This document shows, piece by piece, positions 1 to 11,750 of a stretch of 64,000 bases of DNA. Every line of letters starts with the position of its first letter. Within the stretch, counting starts at the first letter, position 1. Location: NCBI GenBank assembly GCA_964016885.1, contig OZ024743.1, forward strand, positions 327,174,001-327,238,000, written 5' to 3'. The translations under genes were made by a program, and so were the position numbers. The stretch is from Eledone cirrhosa. Lineage: Eukaryota. The notes under the pieces were generated by a model. It was not told where the DNA came from. It made no database searches and saw nothing but the letters and a program-made list of their open reading frames with translations.

Positions 1-207
1 ACAGCTGATGTTAGCCAACTGTACTCCCCTTTGAATATGAAATGGCCTTTAGGTATGAGGAAATAATCCAGTTTACCAACACACAATTATAGCAGGCTCT
101 ACACCCATACACACTTCTAACACATTTTGTGTATTGAGCACTTCACATTTTTGCATAAAAACATATACAGATATCCAAAACAAAAGTTACACACACACAC
201 AGTGAGA

Positions 208-213
208 TTTATT
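208..213 (-). terminator. Candidate poly(A) signal of PDCD10
   Basis: AATAAA on the minus strand about 500 nt downstream of the PDCD10 stop, followed by a (TG)n and T-rich tract resembling a downstream element. Confidence 0.5.
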
Positions 214-713
214 ACACTAACAATAGTGTCATCAGTATAATTGTCTAGCTGTTTCAGATCTTTCACTGAGCCAGACTCCAGTTCTTCAGCCTATATAAAG
301 TGGTTAGAGAAACAATTGTACCTCAACGACATCATGTTTAGTGTAATAAATATCTATATACCACAAACTCTTCCCACAGATTGAGCGCTCTTCCAACTTT
401 AGATATTCTTTATCAAACTTTATATATATATGTGTGTGTGTGTGTTTGCATGTGTTAGGTTAACTACTTTTTTGCCCATTTGTAAACACAAACATTCACC
501 ACAATATATATACACACACAGACATGCACTAATCTTTTCTTTGTAGCAGGTGAATCTTATGTTAATTTTCTCAATATTTAAAAATAGACATATATAGCAT
601 TAGAGATACATGGAGTGAAATTAGCTAGTGTGCTGTCTGAAGTGACACCATTGCCTCTCCTCCCAAACATTTTATCACTCATACTTAGTTTGCCTCTACA
701 ATAACTGTTGAAA

Positions 714-795
714 TCAATAAACTGCTTTCACAGCTTTCATGATCAAATTTGTTTGGTCCACAAGATAAGCAGCACTCAAAAAAACATCACGTTTC
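714..795 (-). CDS. PDCD10: PDCD10/CCM3 coding exon 7 (last)
   Basis: Acceptor ttttttctttttcag; 82 nt; (E)KRDVFLSAAYLVDQTNLIMKAVKAVY-stop resembles the human C-terminus [24 protein letters not shown]; phase fits the previous exon. Confidence 0.93.
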
Positions 796-1025
796 CTGAA
801 AAAGAAAAAAGATATTAGGATAAATTTAAGAATCTCTGAAATTGATGTAACATTCCAAAAGTAAATATTCTGTAATTTTATTTTTATCTTACATACATTG
901 CTGAACAATAGCCTAAAAGTAAACATGGTGAGAGACTGGAGGCTATAGTGTTTGGAAATCAAATGGAGACTATGTAGGGTTCAAGAGAACTCTTCAATCT
1001 GGCCTAACATGTAACAACTTTTCTA

Positions 1026-1550
1026 ATGCTGATGTCATGATAAAATGTACAAATCCCATTCTGTACAGTGGTAGTGGTGGTGCCATGATAAAATGCATCC
1101 AACTCACTCTGTAACGTTATAGTGCTAGTTCCACGGTAAATCACAGCCAAACCACGCTGTAAAGTGGTAGAGGTGCTGCCATGGTAAGAAGCTCTCAACT
1201 TATACTGCAATGTAGTTAGTGCTGGTGCCACAATAAAATGTATCCAACCCACTTTGTAAAGTGGTGGTGCTGGTGCTATGATAAAATGTGCACAACCAAC
1301 TCTGTAAAGTGGTAGTGCTGGTGCCAGAATAATATGTATCCAGTCCATCCTGTAAGTTGGTAGTGCTGGCACCATGATACATACTGCAAAGTGGTTGGCA
1401 TTAGGAAGGGTATCCAGCTGTTGAAACTAGGCCCCAAATGGAACATATGTGCTAGAAGTAGAGTCACTTGACTGGTCTAGCTTCAGTATGTGACAACCTA
1501 TCTAGCCTATGCAATCATGGCAAATAAATGTTTAACAGTGATGATGTGGA
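1026..1550 (+). repeat. SINE/RTE-tail element with a tandemly amplified ~48-bp module
   Basis: About 7-8 diverged units like gctggtgccacaataaaatgtatccaacccactttgtaaagtggtagt, then gtggttggcattaggaagggtatccagctg and a (GAT)n tail. Confidence 0.7.
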
Positions 1551-1982
1551 TGACACTATCTTCAAGAAGGTCTGAAGTGTCTTTTGAAAATCAGAAGTAT
1601 CAGCTGATAGTTATAATCTTTAAATTGCTTCTTTGAGACAGCTAGCCATAGTCATGTTTTGATGTAAAGTTTGTCTTTGATTCAGATGATTATATCATCT
1701 TCATATAATATTTGTTTTTTTTCTGAAAGGAATGATAGGACAGAGTGGACTGGGTGCTTTTTGTCATATCACCAACATTGTCTTATCACCTTCAAAGATT
1801 TTAGCAGCATAAAGTACCCAGTCCACACTGTAAAGTCGTTGGTGATAGGAAGGGCATCCAGCCGTAGAAACCAAGCCAAAATAAAAATATATATGAGCAT
1901 GATGGTCTCTGGACCAAATTGTCTTATAACGTGACGACCTGTCTAACCCATGCAAATGTAGAAAAATGGTCGTTAAATGGTG

Positions 1983-4900
1983 ATAATAATAATGAAATTA
2001 TTGTGTGCAGTCCTCAGGTGCACTACAACTCATCAAAGGTGCATGTATAGTACACAGAATAATGTACAAATGCCAGGAAAGCGAACAGTGTATGAGTCAT
2101 GATATACATGTGTGCATGTGTATGGAGTGGGGATTTTAGGAAGCATGGAGGTTTTAAAGGACGCAGTGTCTTGGCAACTAACAAGTGATGCAGGTAGTTT
2201 CTCCATGTTTCAGCAACACTGAGCATAAAAAAGTGTTTCCAAAAGTCATGGGAGCTGTGCTGTTTTCTGACTTAGTAGGGATGTCCACATGTGTCAGACA
2301 CATGGAATTCAAAAAGGTGCTCAAGGTTGTTGGCAAGATGGTTAATAACTTTGTGGGTGTTTACCAAGTCAGTTGCCAGACATCGAAGCTTCAATATATC
2401 CATGTCCAGGGAAGTAAGGCGTTCAGAGTATGGTAGATGCTTGATAGAGGGTATTCACTTGGTTGCATGTCTCAGAGCAGTTTCCCGGAGGTCAATATTC
2501 TGAGTAAGTTAGGGGTTCCAGACTGGTGATGCAAATTCCAAGTGTGGCCGCACAATAGTTATATACAGCTTTAAATAGATAGCTGGAGAACGGCTGACAA
2601 AGGTCTTGCTGAGTGATGCCAAGACACCCTTCGCCTTCTTGACAATTTTAGAGATGTGCTTTGTCCAACGCAAATCACTGCTGACAGTAATGCCTAGATC
2701 ACGTTCACAAGAAGACTTCTTGATATTAGTGTTGTGGAGGGAGTATGTAGACACTGGGTTTTTCCTTCTAAGATGTGTGGTGGTACACTTGTCCACAGCC
2801 AGCTTGAGTTGCGAGTCCGTGATCCATTGCTGTATTGTCTCCAGGTCTGATTGCAGGAAAGATCTATAGTGTTCAGAATCTGTCCTTTTTATCTAAAGGT
2901 ACAGCTTGATGTCATCTGCATATTTCAGCATTGTGGCATACTTTAAGTTGGCATCTATGTCATTAATATATGCAACAAACAAAAGGGGACCAAGAACAGA
3001 TCTTTGTGGAACACCAGATGACATCTCATACAGTGAAGAATGCTGTCCTAGAACCGTGACTACCTCTTTTCAACTGAGAATTAAGTACTTCAACTAGTTT
3101 AAAAGATCCCTCACACCCATTGCAGAGAGTTTTGCCATACGTCTTTTGTGTGGCACAGAATTAAAAGATTTAGCAAAGTCAAGGTAAATAACATCCACCC
3201 ATGAGCCACCATCAGTGATCCGGGTGATGTCTTCAAGAAACTCGATAAGTTGATCACAGCAGCTGGACTTAGGGATAAACCCAAATTGCGAGGGCCGAAT
3301 GGATAAGGCATGAGAATTCCAGAAGTTCCAAAATGTTTCTCTGACACAGGATTCCATCAGTTTGACAATGCAGCTAATAAGACTGACTGGACGATAGTTG
3401 ACAGGCGACATGCGGTCACCCTTTTTGAACAGAGGAATGTCACTGGCAGTTTTCCACTACTCTGGAGTAGCACCGTCAAGACAGAATTGAAAGAAGAGTG
3501 AAAATTGGTGTAGAAGAAAGTACCCACCACGTTTGAGAAGCAGGTACATAACACCATCAAAACTAGGAGAGGCATAGTTGCACTTATTCTTAAGGTGGCA
3601 TTGCAGCATTGCAGGTGTAAATTCCATAGTTGTCATAGAATTTGATGCCAAAGGTGGTGGAGATGGTACATTTTGGTTTTCAACAGTGAAAATGCCTGCA
3701 CTGCATTCAGCAATGAGTTCTGTGCATTCTTTGGGATCGTCAGTAATCTGGCTTGTGAGGAGATTGCAAAGAGGACCAACTGGAGAGTGAGGTCTCTGCT
3801 TTGAATGTACATATTTCCAGAACACCTTACTGTCAGGGTTGATTGCTATGCGCTGTTCAGATTCAAGCACTGCCCTTTTTGTCACCTGCTTGAGATGGTT
3901 GGATGATTTATTGCGGGGGTTTTTTTTTGTTTTTTTTTACTGATATCTGATTTATGCAGTTTGTATTCCTGTTCAGTAATACAACGTTCTTTGCTGGCAA
4001 GTCTGACTGCTGCAGTCTCCCAAATTGCACTTTAGGGATGTTTTTTTCTGCTTATGTGGCACTGATGCTGCACAAGCTGTCCATATTGAGTTCAAGATGT
4101 TCTGAAGTATAGTTGTCACATCTCCAGAGTTGCAAAATTCAAGCCAGTTTGGGCATTATAGCTCAGTGCAGTAAGTGTTCCAGACTGCCTTATTCCAGTT
4201 AAAGCGAGCCGTTTGGAGATGGCTGTGGTTTTGTTACTGCCCATAAGAGACAGATTGGCAATCATCATAGTCACCTAAAGGTTACTCAGTAGTAACACTA
4301 ATAACCATTTCAGGAGTAGTAGTAAAGAGTAGATCCAAAGTGTTGTTACCTCTCGTTGGAGAGGTGACTACTTGGGACCAGTTCGAGTCAAACACTAGCT
4401 CATGGAAATCATTTGCACTTTGCGGCCAACGAAAGATTTCCCAATCAATTGAAGTCGCTTGTAATAAAAACGTAAGTGGCTGTTTTCCTGGCAGCAGCTC
4501 TGAAGATATCACAAAGCTGTGTATCCTGATGATAATTTGTGGGGTGGTAAACAACTCCAAGTAGAAGTGTTGACATGGTGATACGTATATTGCAGAAAAT
4601 ACTACTTATTGTGATTGGTTCAAATCAATGCAAGGAATTGCTGAAAAGTTTGAACGAACGTAGACAGTCACACCACCACCACCAAGATTAATGTGGTCTT
4701 TGCGAAACAAGTTGTAGCCAGCTATGCTGGAAACCCCACCAGAGTAAGGAATGTGCCCATGTTTCTGTGACTGTAATGAATTCAGGTTCAATACTTTCGA
4801 CGTAAGAATCAAAAGGATGTAATTTGTTGCACAAACTACGAGCAATTAGCAGACAATAATTTGTACATTGACGTCAGTTTATGATGATGTGTAGGGGATG

Positions 4901-5032
4901 GCCGGTTGTTCTAATTTAGTTTCCCACAGTTTTTTCATTGCCAGCTATTGTGGGTACAGTATACCCAGACTAGTTGGTATCTCTTTTCCATGTTTCACCA
5001 GCCTTAATAAACTTCCATATTTGCCCATCGTA
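1983..5032 (-). mobile_element. Decayed, 5'-truncated CR1-type LINE (same family as 26981-31453)
   Basis: Frameshifted ORF fragments match ORF2 of the intact copy (SPVNYRPVSL, YLDFAK, RPHLEFASPVWNP), with the end of ORF1 and an (ATT)n tail at about 1983. Confidence 0.95.
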
Positions 5033-5214
5033 ATGATGATGATGAAGATATGTTTTTAGGTTCTACACAAGGTTTCACAGAACAAAACTGATAATGAACA
5101 ACAGTTTTATTTCATTTACATGTCAGACATGATTATGTAATTAAGCATATAGCTCAGCAGCCACATAGCCCTGGGTCTGATCTCATTGAGCAGATGGTTG
5201 TCTTATATGTGTGA

Positions 5215-5289
<75 letters not shown>

Positions 5290-5293
<4 letters not shown>

Positions 5294-5514
5294 CACACAA
5301 TCCACGCTGTAATGTGGCCGTGTAGGTAACACGGTAAAAACCTCCTAGTCCACACTGTAAACGTGGTTGGTGTTAGGAAGGGCATCCAGCTGTAGAAAAT
5401 CCGCCAGATAGTCCTATACGAGCAAGACAACCAATCTTGCCTCAAGTGGGAAAATTCCCCTCCAAACCCATGCAAGCGTGGAAGATGGACGTTAAACGAT
5501 GATGATGATGATGA
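5290..5514 (+). mobile_element. Isolated 3' tail of RTE family B
   Basis: Similar to 19895-20135, ends in (GAT)n and sits in a (TA)n tract. Confidence 0.8.
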
Positions 5515-5791
5515 TATATATATATGCATATGTCTCTGTTAATTTTGTCTAAATAAATGCAGTGAACTAGTGACTGGCTCACTGATTAAAATTGAAATTA
5601 TCTCTTAATATCCAGTAATGAAATGGGTTTGTATCTTTAGTAGTGAACAGATTGCTGAGAAAGTTTGCAGTATTAGAAAAAAAACTTCAATTTCTCATGA
5701 GATGCAATCATAGTGTTGTTTTGTAATTTTTATGATTGACATGGTAATGTGGTTTCATGTGGTAGAGGATTCTAAGAGTTGAAGGAAATAA

Positions 5792-5973
5792 CTGTTTCTG
5801 CTTTAGGCACAAGGCCAGCAATTACCCAGTACATTACTGGTACTTTATTTTATTGACCCCGTAAGGATGAAAGGCAAAGTGAACCTCGGCAGGATTTGAA
5901 CTCAGATCGTAAAGGGATGTAACTATGCTGGAAAGCATGGCGTCCGACCCTCTACCGATACTGTCAATCCACC
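5792..5973 (-). mobile_element. tRNA-derived SINE family A
   Basis: B-box-like gagttcaaatcc, central ctttgcctttcatccttacgggg motif and tail gtgcctaaagcagaaaca; many further copies in the window. Confidence 0.85.
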
Positions 5974-6018
5974 GAAAGGAAATAATGACCTATGCAAATT
6001 ATTTAAAAAGTAACTTAC

Positions 6019-6101
6019 TCATTTTCTCTAAAGTAATCTTTTAGAGTTGTGCTGAAGCGTTTAGAATATTTGATAAATTCTTTCTTCCGGTGTGCAAGAG
6101 T
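6019..6101 (-). CDS. PDCD10: PDCD10/CCM3 coding exon 6
   Basis: tctttgcag acceptor, gtaagt donor; 83 nt; TLAHRKKEFIKYSKRFSTTLKDYFREN vs human [27 protein letters not shown]. Confidence 0.95.
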
Positions 6102-6285
6102 CTGCAAAGATGTATGAGCATATATTATCGCATTTTACAAAATATAATTAAATTTAGTTGAAGTGAAACATAATTATAATACAGAATGAAAGAGAAATAA
6201 AGAGTAAGAAGAAGACAAGAGAAAGTGAGAAACAATGTGGATGTGTGATAAAGAAGATAGTGTTTTATTTATATATATATATATA

Positions 6286-6510
6286 TATTAAAATAACAAA
6301 TTAAAGTTTAAGCAAAGAATCGCTGCTTTCACCCGTAACGGGATCTTCTGAAGATCCCGTTAAGGGTGAAAGCAGCGATTCTTTGCTTAAACTTTAATCT
6401 GTTATTTTAATAAATATTTGCTCTATTTTAATAAATATTTGCTCTATAGGATATATATTTATCCTTATCGAGCCCTCTTTGTATTTTAGTCTTCACATTT
6501 ATTATTATTA
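6286..6510. mobile_element. Penelope-like mini-element: ~63-bp-arm palindrome with hammerhead-like core and unique tail
   Basis: Near-perfect inverted repeat centred on 6349; GAAGA-TCCCG-TTA(A/C)-GGGT-GAAA motif; related pieces at 23366-23409 and 25094-25180; flanked by (TA)n. Confidence 0.6.
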
Positions 6511-6776
6511 CTATATATATATATATTATATATATATCATTATTTAATGTCTATATATTGTGTGTGAACTTCGTAAAGATAAGTGTTCATTTTTTTATAT
6601 CTCCAAAATTGTGTTGAATTTGATTGTGTAACGGTTTGTACGATTGTGAAAGCTTCGTAGGGGGAGTGTATATATATATATATGTTTTCGTTGTTTCTGC
6701 ACATTATTTCTTCATAAAGATGGGTGTTCATGTTTGTATCTCCAAGTTTGTATTGAAATTGTAGAGACTTGTATAT

Positions 6777-7171
6777 ATCATCATCATCATCATCATTTCA
6801 TTTTACATCCACTTTTCCCTGCTTGCAAGGGTGGGACGGGAACTGATTCTGGCTTGATTTCTACAGCTGGATGCCCTTCCTAACACCAACCTCATTACAG
6901 TGAGTGCTGGGTGCTTTTTTCCCGTGGCACCTCCACGTCCACTTTACAGTGTGGGCTGGGTGCTTTTTTGCCGTGGCACCTACACGACCACTTTGCAGTG
7001 GAATTGTAAAGACCCCAGTCCCTATCATCTCATTTCTACAGCTGAGTAAACTGGAGCAATGTGAAATAAAGTGTCTTGCTCAAGGAAACAACACATCACC
7101 CGGTCTGAGAATTGAACTCACAACCTTTCGATTGCAAGGCCAATGCTCTAACCACTAAGCCATGTGCCTTC
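6777..7171 (-). mobile_element. tRNA-derived SINE family B (CORE-like body, RTE tail)
   Basis: A box tggcttagtggt, B box gagttcaattctc, tccttgagcaagacactt body, tail cccacccttgcaagcagggaaaag..(GAT)n shared with RTE family A; near-identical copy at 20237-20587. Confidence 0.9.
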
Positions 7172-7263
7172 TATATATATATATAATGAAGGAATTGTGG
7201 TAAGGAACCAGATGGACCATAACGCACCAGAGTACTCAATACTTAGGGTAGTAGAGGGGAAAT

Positions 7264-7447
7264 TAGGAAAAAGTATGACCCCGACGGCAGAGCTCAAGCC
7301 ATTTCGACGGCTATTTCTGGACTAAATTAGAATTTTTAGCCTGGTGAATAAATGGCTATTTATTTACCAGGCTAAAAATTCTAATTTAGTCCAGAAATAG
7401 CCGTTGAAATGGCTTGAGCTCTGCCGTCGGGGTCATACTTTTTCCTA
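7264..7447. repeat. Long palindrome (~88-bp arms), probably an inverted Penelope-type end or a MITE
   Basis: taggaaaaagtatgaccccgacggcagagc... is inverted almost perfectly around 7350-7360; located in a (TA)n context. Confidence 0.75.
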
Positions 7448-7499
7448 TATATATATATATATGTAAGTATGTGACTTATAAACTGTGTTAAAAATTGTA

Positions 7500-10397
7500 T
7501 GTATAAGCCATTACGGTTCTCACTTCCCGCCCACCTCCACCACATTCGGTATACATGCCTGATGCTGTATGCTAACCACCCCCTCGTGAATATATCATAG
7601 AACAGACAAGGGGCGGACGGAGGCTCCATAAGCCGTAAGGTAGGCAACCCATCTAGGAGAGCTACCACTCCGAATAAATTGGTGCTGGGTAGAGAAGTCC
7701 CCTAAGTCCAGTAAGACAACTTCCCTAGTGCTGGTGGCACAAATAAAAGCACCCAGTCTATGCTGTAAAAATGGAGGGGTGGTTAGGGCCACTGAGTCCC
7801 GTAAGACGACCTCTCTAGTGCTGGTAGCACGAATAAAAGCACCCAGTCCATGCTGTAAAGTGGTGCTGGTGTTAGGAAGGACATCCAACCAGTATATATA
7901 CTACTGCCAAAAACTATGAGCACAACAAATGAAAATTGCAACAACTGCGTCAACAGCGGAGATGCTGGAGAGAAGGCATGTGGATGTGTGCTGTGTGCAA
8001 GAGGTGAGATGGAGAGGTGCCTCTGCGAGACTAATCGCAGGTAAACATCTTAGTTATAGCTTTTCTGGGTGGAGTAGGCATTTTCCTGGATCGATAAGAC
8101 AATAGAGGTAGTTCGAGTTAGTAATCGAATAATTAAGCTTAGATTAGTTGTAGGCAAGAGACTACTGACAATCATCTCTGCCTATTTTCCCCAGGCAGGC
8201 CTAGGTAAAGAAGAGAAAGACTGCTTTTACGAGCAACTTTTACAAACAGCCGCAATGACAGAGGACGGAGACATCGTTATACTAGCAGGAGACTTCAATG
8301 GTCATGTTGGACAGCTCCAGGATGGTTACACTGGGGTACATGGTGGGCACGGTTACGGCTCAAGAAATGAAGAAGGAGTGAGACTTCTTGAATTTTGTGA
8401 TGCAAGTGCACTAACCATTTGCAACACTAACTTCCAGAAACCTGCTAACTACCTAATAACCTACAAATCAGGCGAGCACTGACTTCTTACTAGTTAGGCA
8501 GCGGGACAGACAGATGGTGTCAAATACCAAGGCATACCCAGGGGAAGAATGTACCCCACAGCATAGGTTAGTCGTTAGTGATATCTCAGTAAGCAAGAGA
8601 CAGAATGAGACATACAGGAAGGTGTGGGGAAGAAAGGTCTGGAAGTTAAAAGACCTTTCACTAAAATACAAATTTAGGAAAGCCCTTCAAGATGTGTATG
8701 ACGAAAAAGAAGACGATTTAGAGTCGTATGACATAGATGATAACTGGAATTTCTTACGTGACAACTTACTGCAGGCTACTGATGAAACTTGTGGCTGGAG
8801 CAGAGTTCCAACCAGACAGAGGGTGACCTGGTGGTGGAACAGCATGGTAGATAGGGCCATTAGAGACAAAAAACTAGCTAGAGAAGGATATACAGCCGCT
8901 AAGAGAGAAGCTAGACGTCAGTTGTACTTAGCACGCAGGGAGGCTGAGAGTAGGAGGTTTGCCAATGTTCTGCGACGGGAAGATCAGAGGCGTGCGGTGT
9001 TTCACATTGCAAGGCAGTATGTCAGTGCAAATCAGGATGTTGTTGGAGATGTGTCCGGAATGATGCCGGTGTACTTAGTGTCACGAATGATCAGAAAAAG
9101 GAGGTCTGGAAATGTCATTATGAGAGACTGATGAATGTGGAGAACGAATGGGAGAGAGAGAAATTACTTCCAGTAGATCCGACAGAGGGACCAGCTATTG
9201 AGATTGACGAATATAGGGTCCAAGAGGTGATTAAGGAAATGAAAAATAGTAAGGCCGCTGGACCTTCAGAGATAGTTGCTGAAATGCTGAAGGCATCAGG
9301 GGACGTAGGCACTAAACTGATTGCACACATCATCAATCAGGCTATATATGGTGGTGTCATACCCAAAGACTGGTGCAGCAGTATTCTCATAAATTGCTAC
9401 AACGATAAAGGGGATGCTCTGGAGAGGAGCAATTATAGGGGCATAAAACTGATGGATTAGGTCATGAAAGTGGCAGAAAGGATATTAGCGCAACTAATTA
9501 GAGGAAGGGTCAAACTAGATGAGATGCAGTTTGGTTTTGTGCCTGGGAAAAGTACAACGGATGCCCTCTTCTTTGTGAGACAATTACAAGAGAGGTTCTT
9601 AGAGAAGAATAAGCCACTATACTTAGCTTTTGTTGACCTAGAGAAGGCCCTTGATAGGGTACCCTGATCTGTCATCTGGTGGTCCCTAAGGAAACTAGGT
9701 GTTGAGGAATGGCTTGTGAGGACAGTGCAAGCTTTGTACAGAGGTGCTGTCAGTAAAGTGAGGGTAAGAATGGAGTTTAGTGAGGAATTCCAGATACAAG
9801 TAGGAGTACATCAGGTACATCAGCTTCTGTTACCTAGGTGATCATGGGAGGGGGGGGGGGGTTCCGAGGCCATAGTATCTAGAACAAGGACGGGTTGAAA
9901 GAAGTTTAGGGAGCTGCTTCCTCTGCTGACGAAGAAGGGTTTCTTCCTGCATATGAAAGGCCGGTTATATGATGCTCGTGTGAGGTGCGCGATGCTGCAT
10001 GGTAGTGAGACATGGGCAGCAACTGCAGAGGATATGCGACGGCTGAAGAGAAATAAGGCAAGCATGCTCTGTTATATGTGCAATGTCAATGTGCGTGAAC
10101 GGCCAAGCATGGATGTGATGATAGAGAAACTGTGTCTGAGAGGGATAAATTGTTGTGTGCAGGAGAGGAGACTGCGATGGTATGGACATGTGATGCGCAT
10201 GGAGGATGACCAATGGGTGAAGAAGTGCCAAGAAATGCCAGTTGAAGGAAGACGTAGTAGAGGAAGACCACGAAAAACATGGGCGGAGGTGGTAAAAGCA
10301 GACCTCAGATCGCTGAAGCTCACGGTGGAGAGATGCTGTGCTGAATAGGACCCATCCCACCCTTGCAAGCAGGGAAAAGCAGACGTAAAATGATGAT
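7500..10397 (+). mobile_element. RTE-clade LINE family A, near full-length but decayed, with an internal deletion of the RT core
   Basis: APE motifs (VCCVQE, AGDFNGHVG, QHRLV), RT motifs (NYRGIKL, QFGF, FVDLEKA), C-terminal RLRWYGHV and RGRP, (GAT)n tail; YADD and PHD region deleted at about 9818; 5' limit uncertain. Confidence 0.92.
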
Positions 10398-11085
10398 ATA
10401 TATATATATATATATATCATTATTTAATGTCCATTTTTTCTTGTCAGTAAAGGTTGGATGGTTCGTTACAGATTCAGTTAGTATTCAGACAAAGCTACAG
10501 ACATCTCAGAGGTGCTTAGGGGCCAGCATAATGCTTGTGACCAAATGTACTTTACCATGGCACCAGTATTAGGTAGTCTGTCATGTCTTTGTCATAGCTG
10601 AGCAGTCTTCTTGACCCTTTGGCAAGATTCCTATAGTTGGATGCCCTTTGTATCACTAACCAATTTGCAGAGTGTACTAGGTCCGTTTTATCATGTAACC
10701 AACACTAGAGAGGTTGTTGTGCCTTTGACACAACTGAAGAGTCTTTACAATCTTTTTAGCCTAGTTTCTGCAGTAGGCTGCCATTCTGATCTATGATAAA
10801 ATCACCCAGTGCACTCTGTAGAGTATGGGATCAGTGGCTCCAATTGAGTACTATTTTGGTCTGTGATAACCCATCCAATCTTTGCTAAGAGGAAAATGGA
10901 CATTTAACGATAAAGATGATGATGACAGACGATTACAAGTTTTGATATCAGCTGGAAAAAGCTGGAAAGGAATGGCATTGAAGGTCATAACCCACTATTT
11001 TATAATTGTGAAGAAGACATTTGTTATTACATTGTAGATGTTATATGCAGTGAAACAAAGTGTTATTTATATCAAGTTTACTTAC

Positions 11086-11170
11086 TTGTCTTCCATCTGG
11101 TCTCAGTACTTCATTGGCAGTAACTTGATTTACTGAATCCAACAACAGACGAATAGCATTAGCAATATCT
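11086..11170 (-). CDS. PDCD10: PDCD10/CCM3 coding exon 5
   Basis: ctcttttcag acceptor, gtaagt donor; 85 nt; (K)DIANAIRLLLDSVNQVTANEVLRPDGRQ vs human KDIASAIKELLDTVNNV. Confidence 0.95.
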
Positions 11171-11505
11171 CTGAAAAGAGAGGGTGGAATATAAATATAT
11201 TTATTTAAAAAAACTAAGATATCTTGTTTGTTTCATTTCACGGATAATAAAATATGTAAAAAAAAAAATTGAAATTTTCCCAATGTTAAGTCAAGATGTT
11301 CACCATACGTCTAGCTACAGGTTTTAAATCTTTTAAAAGATAACCAGTGGTCAGGGACCCTTTAGTTTAATGGTTAATGCACTTGCTCGGCACATGAGAG
11401 GTGTAGGGGTAGTTTCCTCTCAGGCACCTCTGTCAACTTTTCTCCCTATCTTCAGGAGTACTTTACCTGATTTTCTCAACTATTATAGTGATTGACTACT
11501 TGAAG

Positions 11506-11750
11506 TTATTTCACACTCAGAGTTGCTGAAGCATGGAACAAACTACCTGCATCAGTTGTTAGCTGTCGAGACACTGCATCCTTTAAAACCTCCATGCTTC
11601 CTGAAATCCTCCCTCCATACACACGCACACATGTATATCATGACTCATACACTGTTCACTTTCCTGACATTTGTACATTATTCTATGTACTATACATGCA
11701 CCTTTGATGAGTTGTAGTGCACCTGAGCATTATATTTTTTATTATATTAT
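11506..11750 (+). mobile_element. CR1 3' fragment
   Basis: Matches the end of ORF2 and the 3' UTR of the intact CR1 (gatgagttgtagtgcacctgagca) with an (ATT)n tail. Confidence 0.9.

Noticed and set aside
222-409. Exon-like segments on the minus strand (AEELESGSVKDLKQLDNYTDDTI; ISKVGRALNLWEEFV) and a donor 29 nt after the PDCD10 stop
   Set aside because: They lie between the PDCD10 stop and a good poly(A) signal, have weak acceptors and cannot be joined in frame to the gene; most simply 3' UTR.
1004-1382. Repetitive ORFs and a CRISPR-like periodicity
   Set aside because: Contiguous diverged 48-bp units with no unique spacers, in eukaryotic DNA without cas genes; the ORFs are a by-product of unit length.
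5203-5529. ORFs with YIYIYI runs (also at 18368-18659, 20023-20303, 35363, 41073 and 45065)
   Set aside because: Translations of (TA)n microsatellites.
11354-11426. tRNA-like sequence, and the tRNA-like heads of SINEs A, B and C
   Set aside because: A and B boxes are degenerate or continue into SINE bodies; no complete cloverleaf, so not called tRNA genes.
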